Positions 10,482 through 20,375 of a stretch of DNA of 64,000 nt are shown here, piece by piece. Each line of letters begins with the position of its first letter. Position 1 is the first letter of the stretch. A program made the translations under genes and the position numbers. Below the pieces are notes generated by a model, which was not told the DNA's origin, searched no databases, and saw only the letters and a program-made list of their open reading frames with translations. Source of the stretch: a virus; the IMG/VR virus record IMGVR_UViG_3300022927_002861, positions 4,554 to 68,553 of that record. The stretch is one strand, 5' to 3'.

Positions 10482-11543
10482 ATGAAAAAAATAATCATAA
10501 CAGGAGTTACTGGTCAAGACGGCAGTCATATGGCTGACTATCTTATAAACAAGATTAATAAAGAAAACTGTAAATTTAAAATTTATGGAGCTGTCAGGAG
10601 ATTAAGTGTCTTAAATCATAAAAACATTGAGCATCTTGAGAAAGATAAAAATTTTGAATTAATAGATTTGGATCTAACTGATGCCCATAGCATCAGAGAT
10701 GCAGTAATCGATTTACAGCCAGATTACTTTATAAATTTTGCCGCTCAGTCTTTTGTTGCTGGCAGTTGGAAATATCCAATACAAACCTGGGGGACTGATG
10801 CCGATGCGGTCCTTCATATTTTAGAGGCTATTCGCAGGTTCGCTCCTAATTGTAGATTCTACAACGCAGGATCTTCGGAAGAATTTGGAGATGTTGAATA
10901 TTCGCCTCAAAATGAGTTACACCCACTTAATCCACAATCTCCTTATGGAGCAGCTAAATGTGCAGCTAGACATCTAGTAAGAGTATACAAAGAATCCTAT
11001 GGGTTGTATGCTGTTCAAGGCTGGCTATTTAACCATGAAGGATCCAGGAGGGGTATAGATTTTGTGACTAGAAAAATAAGCTATAATATAGCTAAATTTA
11101 AATTAGCATTTGAGAATAGAAACATTTTTACCAGCCAACCTACCAGTTTTTCCTTAGGAAATTTAGATGCTCAAAGAGACTGGAGCGATGCAGAAGATTT
11201 TATGCATGGTGTTTGGCTGATGCTGAATCAAGATTCTCCCCGAAATTATGTTCTAGCCAGTGGGGAAATGCACACAATTAGAGAGTTTGTTGAAGTCTGC
11301 CTTGATTACAGCGGAATTAATTACTACAAATCAGGTTCGGGTATAGATGAAAAATATTTCACAAAAGAAGATGACATTCTTATTCTTGATGTAGATAAAA
11401 AATATTTTAGACCAGCTGAAGTTCATGAATTATGTGGTGATCCCTCTTTGGCAGAATCCGAATTAGGTTGGACTAGGAATACAGATTTTAAAGGGTTAGT
11501 ATACAAAATGTTTTCAAGCGATTATGAAAACCTCAAAAAGTGA
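10482..11543 (+). CDS. gmd: GDP-mannose 4,6-dehydratase
   Basis: 'ITGVTGQDGS', 'AAQSFV', 'SPYGAAK', 'FNHE', 'LGNLDAQRDW', 'YFRPAEV'. Confidence 0.95.
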   Translation: MKKIIITGVTGQDGSHMADYLINKINKENCKFKIYGAVRRLSVLNHKNIEHLEKDKNFELIDLDLTDAHSIRDAVIDLQPDYFINFAAQSFVAGSWKYPIQTWGTDADAVLHILEAIRRFAPNCRFYNAGSSEEFGDVEYSPQNELHPLNPQSPYGAAKCAARHLVRVYKESYGLYAVQGWLFNHEGSRRGIDFVTRKISYNIAKFKLAFENRNIFTSQPTSFSLGNLDAQRDWSDAEDFMHGVWLMLNQDSPRNYVLASGEMHTIREFVEVCLDYSGINYYKSGSGIDEKYFTKEDDILILDVDKKYFRPAEVHELCGDPSLAESELGWTRNTDFKGLVYKMFSSDYENLKK

Positions 11544-12483
11544 TTGTATTTTTGTAGCGGGCCATAAAGGTCTAGTAGGGTCTGCGGTTCTCAAAAAGTT
11601 AAAAAACCTTGGTTATGAAAATATAATCACCAGATCAAGGGATGAAGTTGATTTAAGCAATCAAGAAGATGTTGATAACCTTTTCAAAAACTTAAACATT
11701 GATCATGTTATATTATGTGCAGCAAAAGTTGGCGGAATACATGCAAATAATACATGTAGAGCTGAATTTATATCAGAAAACCTATCTATAGGTCTTAATG
11801 TAATAAAATCAGCACACAAGCATTCGGTCCGAAAACTCATCAATTTGGGATCTTCTTGTATTTATCCCAAAAATTTTGACTCTTTAATTAAAGAAGAAGA
11901 TTTACTAACTGGAAAGCTCGAACCCACAAACGAGCCTTATGCTATCGCTAAAATAGCAATACTTAAAATGTGTGAATCTTTTTACGATCAATATGGATCA
12001 AACTTTTATTCATTAATGCCCTGCAATATGTATGGGCCGAATGATAATTTTGATTTATTTACATCTCATGTGCTTCCAGCTTTAATACATAAAGTTCACC
12101 TAGCAAAAGAAAACCAAAGCCCTAATGTCGAATTATGGGGCAGTGGAAACCCTTTGAGGGAGTTTTTGTTTTCTGAAGATTTGGCTTCAGCAATAGTTTT
12201 TTGTCTTGAAAATGTCAATGCTAAAGATGTGTACTCTCAAAATATATCTCATCTTAACTGTGGTTCTAATGATGAAGTTAGCATTCTTGAACTTTTAAAA
12301 AAAATAAAAAAAATCATAGGATATCAAGGTGAAATTATTTTTGATAAATCTAAGCCAGACGGAACTTTTAGAAAAAAATTAGACAATTCAAGGATTTCTT
12401 CTCTAGGATTTTCTCCGCAAACTTCTCTTGAGGAAGGCCTTATAAAATCCTATAAGTCTTTTTTGTCAAAAATAAAAAAATAA
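11524..12483 (+). CDS. fcl: GDP-L-fucose synthase
   Basis: 'AGHKGLVGSA', 'AAKVGGI', 'LGSSCIYP', 'EPTNEPYAIAK', 'SHVLPALI'. Confidence 0.95.
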   Translation: MKTSKSDCIFVAGHKGLVGSAVLKKLKNLGYENIITRSRDEVDLSNQEDVDNLFKNLNIDHVILCAAKVGGIHANNTCRAEFISENLSIGLNVIKSAHKHSVRKLINLGSSCIYPKNFDSLIKEEDLLTGKLEPTNEPYAIAKIAILKMCESFYDQYGSNFYSLMPCNMYGPNDNFDLFTSHVLPALIHKVHLAKENQSPNVELWGSGNPLREFLFSEDLASAIVFCLENVNAKDVYSQNISHLNCGSNDEVSILELLKKIKKIIGYQGEIIFDKSKPDGTFRKKLDNSRISSLGFSPQTSLEEGLIKSYKSFLSKIKK

Positions 12484-12485
12484 TC

Positions 12486-12514
12486 TTGTCATATATTATT
12501 TTATATGTTAGTAT
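12486..12514 (+). promoter_or_regulatory. Sigma70-type promoter upstream of nrdA
   Basis: TTGTCA-17 nt-TAGTAT with TGn extended -10. Confidence 0.55.
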
Positions 12515-12576
12515 TTACATACTCTTGTTCTCTAGATTTATTGAGAATATACAAATTATCTGTGTAAAAAAACAAC

Positions 12577-15003
12577 ATGCAAATTAAAGTTAAAAAACGT
12601 AATGGTAGGCTCGAAGAATTTAATGTAGAAAAAATAAATGCAAGTGCTCAAAGAGCTTGTGAAGAGATAGAGGATGTGTCCGCAAGTGAAGTTGTACTAG
12701 ACGCACAATTACAACTATTCGACAAAATAACTACAAAAGAAATAGACAAGGCTCTAATCTTTTCAGCCAGAGAAAAGATAGAAAAAGAACCTAATTATTC
12801 CTTTGTTGCTGGCCAGCTTCTATTAAACACTTTATATAAAGAGGTGTTTAGAGAGGGAGTGGCTTCTGATACATTTAAGTTGCAATATAGAAAATGCTTC
12901 ATACAAAACATTCGAAAATTAGTTAAAGAAAAAAGATTAGATAACCGCTTGTTAGAATTCGATTTATTAAAACTTTCTGAAGCTTTAAAAATCAGAAGAG
13001 ATAAAAACCTCAAATATCTTGGAGTTCAGATTTTGTACGATAGATATTTTTTAAGGCTAGATGATAAAATCATGGAAGCCCCACAATCTTTTTACATGAG
13101 AGTCGCAATGGGTTTAGCCCTCAATGAAGAAAATAAAAATGAAAGAGCTATCGAGTTCTATGATTTAATTAGCAAGCAACTTTATACCCCTTCTACCCCA
13201 ACCCTTTTTAATAGTGGAACTACTCACTCACAACTTAGCTCTTGCTATCTTAACACTTTTGATGATAGTATTGACGGTATTTTTGACGGCGCTTGGCAAG
13301 AAGCTCGTAAATCAAAGTATGCTGGTGGTCTTGGTCTTGATGTTACCCCTTTTCGTTCTACAGGTTCTCATATTCATGGAACTAACGGCATTTCTAGCGG
13401 CTTGGTTCCTTGGCTTAAAATATACAATGATTTATTGGTTGCAGTAAATCAAGGTGGCAAGCGTCCAGGTGCTGGCTGCGCTTATTTAGAACCTTGGCAT
13501 TTGGATTATGAAGACTTTTTAAATCTTCGCAGAAATACTGGAGACGATAGGCTTCGTTGTCACGACATGAATACAGCTTCTTGGATTCCCGATGAGTTTA
13601 TGCGTAGAGTTCAGGGCGAGGATATTTGGTATTTCTTTGATCCAAAAGATGCAGATCTTCATGACAGGTTCGGAGAAGATTTTGACAAAAGATACAATGA
13701 GCTATGTAATAAAGCTGAAGAAGGTTTAATAAAAAACTATCGGACAATCCCAGCTAAAGATTTGTGGAAAAAAATGTTAAAGGTGCTATTTGAAACCTCT
13801 CATCCATGGAACACTTTTAAGGATCCTTGCAACATTCGATACACAAATCAGCATAAAGGAGCGGTTAGAAGCTCTAATTTATGCACTGAAATTACACTAC
13901 ACACTAAACCATCTGAATACCATAAAGGAGAAAAAACTAAAATTGGTGAAACTGCAGTCTGTAATCTAGGATCGGTAAATGTATTAAATCATTTAGATAA
14001 AAATACAGAAATAGATTTTGATAAATTGAAAAACACAATCCATACTGCGGTTAGAATTTTAGATAATGTTATCGATATAAACTTTTACCCAACTAAAGAA
14101 GCTAGTAATTCCAACCTTAAAAACAGGCCTGTGGGTCTTGGAGTAATGGGCATACATGATGTTCTTCATGTTAAAAATATATCTATTGATAGTGAAGAAG
14201 CCGTAGATTGGAATAATTCTTTTTTTGAATTTTACAGTAGAGAAGCCATATCAGCCAGTTCAAATTTAGCTAAAGAACGTGGGGCTTACGAAAACTACGA
14301 AGGTTCATTATGGTCTCAAGATATTTTTCCAATAGATAGTTGGAACAATCTTCATTCATACAGAAATTCCAATCCAGGCAAAGGGGAATCTTTAGATTGG
14401 TCAAAGGTCAGAGAATCGATTAGATCTAATGGGATGCGTAATAGTAATGTCATGGCTATTGCTCCAACAGCAACCATTGGCTATATAAACGGTGTTGAGC
14501 AAAGTATTGAACCCAACTTTTCTGTATTATTTGTTTACGAAAATAAAAGCGGCAATTTTTATATTACAAACCCTCATTTTGTGAAAGATATGAAAGACAG
14601 GGGTCTTTGGAACACTGAAGTTGCTACTTTAGTTAAAAGCTGTGACGGAGATTTGTCTCTCTTTGATGGCTCTATTCCTGACGATATCAAAGAAAAATAT
14701 AAAACAGCCTTTGACCGTGATATGTTAAAGTTAATTGAATGTAATGCATCCAGGCAGAAATGGATTGATCAAGCCGTCAGTTTTAATCTTTATAACAAAT
14801 CAACATCTCTTAAATATTTAAATGATATATATATGGCCTGCTGGGAATCTGGATTAAAAACCACTTATTATTTAAGAAATAGAGCAGCTAGTAAAATTGA
14901 AAAATCTACATCTCAAGACATCCGAAGCAATCAAGAATCTGAAGCGAATGCTTGCAGTATAGAAGCCATGCGTAATGGAGGGACATGCGAATCATGCCAA
15001 TAA
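12577..15003 (+). CDS. nrdA: Class I ribonucleotide reductase alpha subunit with N-terminal ATP cone
   Basis: 'VKKRNG' ATP cone, 'TPTLFNSG', 'LSSCY', 'SNLCTEI', 'VCNLGS', 'APTATI', 'KTTYYLR', C-terminal CESC. Confidence 0.97.
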   Translation: MQIKVKKRNGRLEEFNVEKINASAQRACEEIEDVSASEVVLDAQLQLFDKITTKEIDKALIFSAREKIEKEPNYSFVAGQLLLNTLYKEVFREGVASDTFKLQYRKCFIQNIRKLVKEKRLDNRLLEFDLLKLSEALKIRRDKNLKYLGVQILYDRYFLRLDDKIMEAPQSFYMRVAMGLALNEENKNERAIEFYDLISKQLYTPSTPTLFNSGTTHSQLSSCYLNTFDDSIDGIFDGAWQEARKSKYAGGLGLDVTPFRSTGSHIHGTNGISSGLVPWLKIYNDLLVAVNQGGKRPGAGCAYLEPWHLDYEDFLNLRRNTGDDRLRCHDMNTASWIPDEFMRRVQGEDIWYFFDPKDADLHDRFGEDFDKRYNELCNKAEEGLIKNYRTIPAKDLWKKMLKVLFETSHPWNTFKDPCNIRYTNQHKGAVRSSNLCTEITLHTKPSEYHKGEKTKIGETAVCNLGSVNVLNHLDKNTEIDFDKLKNTIHTAVRILDNVIDINFYPTKEASNSNLKNRPVGLGVMGIHDVLHVKNISIDSEEAVDWNNSFFEFYSREAISASSNLAKERGAYENYEGSLWSQDIFPIDSWNNLHSYRNSNPGKGESLDWSKVRESIRSNGMRNSNVMAIAPTATIGYINGVEQSIEPNFSVLFVYENKSGNFYITNPHFVKDMKDRGLWNTEVATLVKSCDGDLSLFDGSIPDDIKEKYKTAFDRDMLKLIECNASRQKWIDQAVSFNLYNKSTSLKYLNDIYMACWESGLKTTYYLRNRAASKIEKSTSQDIRSNQESEANACSIEAMRNGGTCESCQ

Positions 15004-15428
15004 TTAAAAAAGCCTCTGGCGTAACTATATGTTTTGAGGGAGAAATTCTTCTTGCTAAAAGATGCGAAACATGGGAAGGTAAACCAATACCTCTTGGCGG
15101 ATATTGGAGCATCTTTGGTGGCACTATTGATGAGGGAGAAAACCCAATGAATGCTGCTATTAGAGAACTTTACGAAGAATCTCATATAAAAATAGATTTG
15201 CATCAATTAAATTACACAAAAGATTTGTATTCAGATTTTAATGGAGTAACCACTCAATTTTCTGTATATTTTGCAAGCTCATGGCATAAACCAGAAGTCA
15301 TTCTAAACGAAGAGCATACTGAATACATTTGGTATCCTCTTGAAAAAATAGATGAATTTCCATATAATATACAGAAAGATTTAATAGATTGTATAGTTAT
15401 GTACAAGGATAGTCTTTATAAATTTTAA
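14994..15428 (+). CDS. NUDIX hydrolase
   Basis: Nudix box 'GGTIDEGENPMNAAIRELYEES', 'LNEEHTEYIW'. Confidence 0.85.
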   Translation: MPIIKKASGVTICFEGEILLAKRCETWEGKPIPLGGYWSIFGGTIDEGENPMNAAIRELYEESHIKIDLHQLNYTKDLYSDFNGVTTQFSVYFASSWHKPEVILNEEHTEYIWYPLEKIDEFPYNIQKDLIDCIVMYKDSLYKF

Positions 15429-15441
15429 CCCAAATAATATT

Positions 15442-15633
15442 ATGATTGAATTCTATAATGTAAAAAAGAAAACTAAAGTGCAGGTTTCCGAATCTAATGT
15501 AGAAAAGAAAACTTATGAAAGAATTACCAAATCTGGTAAGAAAACTATTCGGTATGCATTGGCTGCAGTTGACGATGACGGCACAAAGCTAACTAAATTC
15601 TGCAGTAAAGATGTTTATGATAGTTTAGGGTAA
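15442..15633 (+). CDS. Small basic protein, possible beta-sheet DNA-binding protein
   Basis: 63 aa, Lys-rich, 'IEFYNVKKKTKV..RYALAAVDDDGTKLTKF'. Confidence 0.6.
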   Translation: MIEFYNVKKKTKVQVSESNVEKKTYERITKSGKKTIRYALAAVDDDGTKLTKFCSKDVYDSLG

Positions 15634-16067
15634 TGGGTCCTATTCTTAATACCATATTAGGTGCAGGCATAAAACTTGCCTGCAACCTCATCAATTCTTG
15701 GCTAGAACAAAAACGTCAAGATCAGATGATGCTTGCGGCAAGAGATACTGCGATGCTTGAAGCCATTATTAAAAATCAGGAGCAACAAGCTAGTGATCCT
15801 TTTGTTAAAGCTACCCGTAGAATATTATTTATGACGATAACATTTACCATGTGTTATCTTATGATTTATTATGCTCACAATCCTACAATTACTTATGATG
15901 TCATTGTCCCAAAGGGGGATGGTGCAAAGTGGGGTTTCTTTAGCTGGATATTTGGCGGTAAAGAATGGGAAGTAGTGACATTGAGTGGCGGATTAATGCT
16001 CAGCTCTTTTATTGACTTATGTTTTATGGTTGTTGGTTTTTATGCTATTCCAAGTAAGAAACGATAA
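15633..16067 (+). CDS. Membrane protein, holin-like
   Basis: N-terminal amphipathic helix, coiled segment, two hydrophobic helices after 'TRRIL', basic C-terminus. Confidence 0.45.
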   Translation: MGPILNTILGAGIKLACNLINSWLEQKRQDQMMLAARDTAMLEAIIKNQEQQASDPFVKATRRILFMTITFTMCYLMIYYAHNPTITYDVIVPKGDGAKWGFFSWIFGGKEWEVVTLSGGLMLSSFIDLCFMVVGFYAIPSKKR

Positions 16068-16088
16068 AATAGTGTAATTTGTTTTGAC

Positions 16089-16352
16089 ATGAATCTTCAA
16101 AAACTTAAAAACAAAATACATCAATTCTCAAATTCTTCTGATTTTCAAAATGCTTTTGATCAATTAAAAGCTGATATAAGAGAAGCTGTAAATTCTGAAG
16201 AGCCTGGCGACCATAAACCTTATTATACAAATCATGTGGCTAGGGAGCTTTTTCAAAAGGCTTCTGACTTTGGATTAGACCATTTGATCGAAGGAGAAGT
16301 TGATGCTGGATTCAGACCTTTTCCTGGAGACACAACTTTTTTAGGTTCTTGA
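16089..16352 (+). CDS. Hypothetical protein
   Basis: 87-aa ORF in gene-dense run, preceded by GTGTA element. Confidence 0.6.
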   Translation: MNLQKLKNKIHQFSNSSDFQNAFDQLKADIREAVNSEEPGDHKPYYTNHVARELFQKASDFGLDHLIEGEVDAGFRPFPGDTTFLGS

Positions 16353-16930
16353 TATACATAATCTTTATAGCTTGGCTGCTACTGTCTGCTTTTCTTTTTT
16401 TTAAATTTAAAAAAAGATTAAAAAATGTAGAAGATATAGAAAAAGATAATTTTCTATTAAAGGGTAGGATAAAAGAGATAGAGCAAGACTTCTCTGCTCG
16501 CGAAAATACATACAAACATAATTTATCCACACTGCAAGAGTCTTTTAAATTAGAAAGGGAGTCTATACAAGAAAAGAAGGTAGAAATACAAGCAAAAGAA
16601 AAAGATTACGAGATTGCTATAGAAAAGCTCAAAGACGAGCTTAAAGAACAAGAAAAACTAAAGGCTAAAGTTACATCTCAAAAGAAAAGCAGTGAAGTTA
16701 GACTTGGCCATATAGCAGAAACCCTAGCTCCGTTTCTAGATCAGTTTGAATTCGAACCAGAAGAATGTAGTTTTTTAGGACAGCCTATAGATTATATTTC
16801 TTTCGGTCAAGATAGTGTTACATTCATAGAAGTTAAAAGCGGAAATAGTCAATTAAGTGCCAAACAAAGAAAAATAAGAGACCAAATAAAAAATGGAAAA
16901 GTGAAATGGACAGAAGTTAGAATAAATTAG
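16349..16930 (+). CDS. Holliday-junction-resolvase-like endonuclease (Endonuc_Holl type) with N-terminal TM helix and coiled coil
   Basis: 'GHIAETLAPF', 'FLGQPIDYISF', 'FIEVKSGNSQLSAKQRKIRDQI'. Confidence 0.8.
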   Translation: MIYIIFIAWLLLSAFLFFKFKKRLKNVEDIEKDNFLLKGRIKEIEQDFSARENTYKHNLSTLQESFKLERESIQEKKVEIQAKEKDYEIAIEKLKDELKEQEKLKAKVTSQKKSSEVRLGHIAETLAPFLDQFEFEPEECSFLGQPIDYISFGQDSVTFIEVKSGNSQLSAKQRKIRDQIKNGKVKWTEVRIN

Positions 16931-16947
16931 TGTATATCTATATGTAA

Positions 16948-17643
16948 ATGACTAATCTAATTTCAGAGAAATATCGTAATGAAATGCGTTCAGCAATGCA
17001 GGATATTCATGATACTTTCTCTAGACCCATTTACTATTTTAAAGAGGCCAAAACTGTGGTTCTGTCAACGCAACCCAGTTATAACCCTATTTATCAGCAA
17101 AACTCAATAACCCAACAAACCTTTAAAAGAATTACTCAATCAGGTTCTTTTAATGCAAGAATACAGTATGATACAGACAAATCTACTGATCAATTTTCTA
17201 GTTATCAAGTTAATTCTCAATTGAAACTTAAATTGCCCGATGGGTATGTTAGGATAAAAGTTGACTACTGTGGTTATGAACAATTAAAAAGTACAAAAAG
17301 ATTAGATTTTGATGGCAGGAGGTTCTCAGTTGAAAGTGATGTAAGACCTCACGGATTGTTTAGGCCCCAGCATTTTACTTTCTATTTGCTTCCAACTGAA
17401 GAGGCTGGTGCTGGTAGTGAATTGAAGGACATAGTCGGCTACCCACTAGGAACATGTCAGGCTAGTGCTGGAATAAATGATGTTGTAGCATATCCAAGTT
17501 CAGATTCAAATACTGCCAGCGACCTTGGAATTGAAAATATTAGCAATGGTATATTTAATGAAGGTCCTAATGCAAGTATTTCTTCATTATACTCTCAAGG
17601 TCAACATCTTAAAAAGAAATTAGACTTGAAATTTTCTTCTTGA
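16948..17643 (+). CDS. Hypothetical phage protein, possibly virion head-closure type
   Basis: Beta-rich 'ARIQY..YVRIKVD..DGRRFSV..PHGLF..FTFYL' core; structural role is inference. Confidence 0.4.
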   Translation: MTNLISEKYRNEMRSAMQDIHDTFSRPIYYFKEAKTVVLSTQPSYNPIYQQNSITQQTFKRITQSGSFNARIQYDTDKSTDQFSSYQVNSQLKLKLPDGYVRIKVDYCGYEQLKSTKRLDFDGRRFSVESDVRPHGLFRPQHFTFYLLPTEEAGAGSELKDIVGYPLGTCQASAGINDVVAYPSSDSNTASDLGIENISNGIFNEGPNASISSLYSQGQHLKKKLDLKFSS

Positions 17644-17668
17644 CTATATTTGTTTTTTCTTTTATAAT
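17640..17668 (+). promoter_or_regulatory. Sigma70-type promoter upstream of nrdB
   Basis: TTGACT-17 nt-TATAAT. Confidence 0.75.
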
Positions 17669-17727
17669 ATTATTTTATTATAAATAATTTAGTCTTTTTC
17701 CTAAAATTAAACGATATATAAAATACT

Positions 17728-18741
17728 ATGGATACAAAAACAGGAGAGCTTTTAACTAAAAACATTGCTGGAGTAAACAGAATACTTCCCCACAAGCACA
17801 AATATGCATGGGATTTGTTCTTAAAAAGCTGTGCTAATAATTGGATGCCTACAGAAATTAGCATGCAGAATGACATTAAACAATGGAAAAATAATGAAAT
17901 AACAGAAGATGAAAAATTACTTGTTAAACGTTGTCTTGGGTTTTTTGCTGGATCTGAGTCTCTTGTTGGTAATAATTTGCTACTATCCGCTTTTCGCTTT
18001 ATTACAGATGCTGAATGTCGTCAATACATACTTCGTCAAGCCTTTGAGGAGAGCCTTCACAACCTTACTGTAGTATATATTTGTGACAGTTTAGATCTTG
18101 ATATTGAAGAAGTTTTTGCTGCATATGAAAACATCCCCAGTATAAAAGCTAAAGATGATTTTCTCATGAACATAACTAATGATATTAGTCGCCAAGATTT
18201 TAATTCTACAACTAAAGAAGGAAAGCAAGAAATTTTACGTAACTTTTTGACTTATTGGATTGTCTGTGAAGGTACATTTTTCTTTAGTGGGTTTGCTATG
18301 CTTCTTGCCCTTGGAAGACAAAACAAGCTCCAAGGCATTTCTGATCAGATTAAGTATACATTAAGAGATGAAAGTTCTCATATTGCTTTTGGAACTTACT
18401 TAATAAATACACTTATTGAGCAAAATCCCGATATCTGGACAAAAAAAATCCAAGATGAATTTGTATCTCACATTAAAAAGGCCGTTGAGTTAGAGATTGC
18501 TTATGCTCATGATGTTTTACCTACAGGTATTCTAGGTTTAAATGCTGACATGTTTGTAGATTACATGCATTACATTGGCAATCGTAGGTTAGAAGCCATT
18601 GGTCTAGATTATCGTTTTCCTAGTGATAAAAATCCATTCCCTTGGCTTGGTGAAGTTGTTGATGTTCAAGCAATGGGGAACTTCTTTGAAAGAAGAGTCA
18701 GAGAATATCAACAAAGCGGTTCTCTGGAAGATGATTTTTAA
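17728..18741 (+). CDS. nrdB: Ribonucleotide reductase beta subunit with class Ic (Mn/Fe, R2c) signature
   Basis: 'ANNWMPTEI', 'GSESLV' (Glu first ligand), 'EESLHNLTV' (no radical Tyr), 'EGTFF', 'RDESSH', 'NFFERRVREY'. Confidence 0.93.
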   Translation: MDTKTGELLTKNIAGVNRILPHKHKYAWDLFLKSCANNWMPTEISMQNDIKQWKNNEITEDEKLLVKRCLGFFAGSESLVGNNLLLSAFRFITDAECRQYILRQAFEESLHNLTVVYICDSLDLDIEEVFAAYENIPSIKAKDDFLMNITNDISRQDFNSTTKEGKQEILRNFLTYWIVCEGTFFFSGFAMLLALGRQNKLQGISDQIKYTLRDESSHIAFGTYLINTLIEQNPDIWTKKIQDEFVSHIKKAVELEIAYAHDVLPTGILGLNADMFVDYMHYIGNRRLEAIGLDYRFPSDKNPFPWLGEVVDVQAMGNFFERRVREYQQSGSLEDDF

Positions 18742-19961
18742 TGGAACTTAAAGATTTTACATTTTTATTGTCTTTTTCGAATGTAAGCGAAAAAAGAAAC
18801 AGAAACTTTTCTTTCGTTTTAGGTTTTCTAAATTCTTTTAACTGTAATATTGTTATTGCTGAACAGGTTTTTAAAACAGGCAAAAGCGATGAAACATTTA
18901 AAAAAGAAAATTTAATTCACATTAAACATTACAGCACTGAGAGATTCAAGAAGTCTTATTTATATAATCTAGCGGCTAAGCACTCAGACACACCTTATTT
19001 ATGGTTCCTTGACTGTGATGTGGTCCTTCCAATACATGAGATTGTAAAGCAAATTCAAGGGGAAAAAATTATACAACCCTTTAGTTATATTTTTAATTTA
19101 GACGAAGAACAATCTGATCTTTTCATTTCGGGAGCAGAACCTTCTATTGAAAATTCAACATCGGATTCATTTTTTTCAAAGTACTCTTTCATAATAGATA
19201 GGTCTGTTTTTTTGAAAACTGGAGGTTTTGATGAAAGGTTTAAAGGATGGGGCTGGGAAGATTTAGACTTTTGTCTTAATAAATTAAAAAGTCGCGATAT
19301 TTTTGTATGTAAAAATATTGCAGGCTATCATTTACATCATGAAAAAGCTTCTCGACATAACGATAGACTTAATTATAGAATTTTTAAAAAAAACCAAGGA
19401 TTGTCTCCTCTCTTAACTCTTTGCATAGATTTTTATTCTATCGGTTTTGACTCTGCAGTTTTCCACAATTTATTAAAATATTTCTTTTGTTTTAAAGACT
19501 CTTGCAATCTTTGCATTTTCTTAAATAAGGAAGATGCAGATAATTTTCTAAAAATTGATTTTTTAGAACCTTTTTTAGGGGAAGGATTTATTTCAATTTT
19601 TCTTTGTGAATCGAATGATTTACCAACTCATTCATTGTATAACTATTTAGGACATTTAAGTATTGGAGATAATTTTTACATACCAAAATCTGTATTAGAC
19701 TTAAATCAAATTGTTTTAATGAAATTGCTTGATATGATAAACTCTAAAAAAAGAAATCTTTTTGAAATTAATTTCTTTAATGGATCTCTTTGCTTTAAGA
19801 ACTTGTTTGATTTTTCTCATGGATTTGGAGATTCTTTGAATTTGATCTTTCAAGAAGACTTGTCTCTTTTTATTCCTGAAAATCTTTACGAATCAAATTT
19901 AAATATCGAAACTAAATTTAGTTATTTAGATTTATCCGACTTTAAATTCAAAGAACTTTAA
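18741..19961 (+). CDS. GT2/GT7C-like glycosyltransferase with C-terminal extension
   Basis: 'FLDCDV', 'GGFDERFKGWGWEDLDF', 'YHLHH'. Confidence 0.75.
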   Translation: MELKDFTFLLSFSNVSEKRNRNFSFVLGFLNSFNCNIVIAEQVFKTGKSDETFKKENLIHIKHYSTERFKKSYLYNLAAKHSDTPYLWFLDCDVVLPIHEIVKQIQGEKIIQPFSYIFNLDEEQSDLFISGAEPSIENSTSDSFFSKYSFIIDRSVFLKTGGFDERFKGWGWEDLDFCLNKLKSRDIFVCKNIAGYHLHHEKASRHNDRLNYRIFKKNQGLSPLLTLCIDFYSIGFDSAVFHNLLKYFFCFKDSCNLCIFLNKEDADNFLKIDFLEPFLGEGFISIFLCESNDLPTHSLYNYLGHLSIGDNFYIPKSVLDLNQIVLMKLLDMINSKKRNLFEINFFNGSLCFKNLFDFSHGFGDSLNLIFQEDLSLFIPENLYESNLNIETKFSYLDLSDFKFKEL

Positions 19962-19963
19962 CA

Positions 19964-19992
19964 TTGACTTTTTGCTTTATATTTGAGATAAT
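19964..19992 (+). promoter_or_regulatory. Sigma70-type promoter for the recA-like operon
   Basis: TTGACT-17 nt-GATAAT with TGn. Confidence 0.5.
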
Positions 19993-20009
19993 ATATATAA
20001 AATATTTTT

Positions 20010-20375
20010 ATGCTCGAACACAAAGACAAACAAAAAATAATCGAAAAAAACTTACATATTCCTAAAAAAAATGCTAGCGTTTTTTGGTCTAGAGAAATAA
20101 AGCTATTTAATTCAATTTACAAAAAATTTCCTCATGAAAAATTCTGGAAGTCTCTCAATACAAGTTTTAAATTAAACAGTTTATCTTTCTTTAAAACAAA
20201 AGAAGGAGAGGAAGAACTTTTAAAAAAATTAAAATCTTTTAATTTGGGCTTACTATACAAGCCTAGAGAATTTCCCCAAATTACTATTGGAGAAAAGTGC
20301 GGAGAGGATATAAAATATACAGAAATAAAAAAAACATTAAAACAATTCCTTAAAGATGACAGAAACAATAAATAA
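20010..20375 (+). CDS. Hypothetical protein
   Basis: 121-aa basic ORF overlapping the recA-like start. Confidence 0.6.
   Translation: MLEHKDKQKIIEKNLHIPKKNASVFWSREIKLFNSIYKKFPHEKFWKSLNTSFKLNSLSFFKTKEGEEELLKKLKSFNLGLLYKPREFPQITIGEKCGEDIKYTEIKKTLKQFLKDDRNNK

Noticed and set aside
12550-12566. NrdR box upstream of nrdA
   Set aside because: Only a weak single match; the GTGTA part is better explained by the recurrent element
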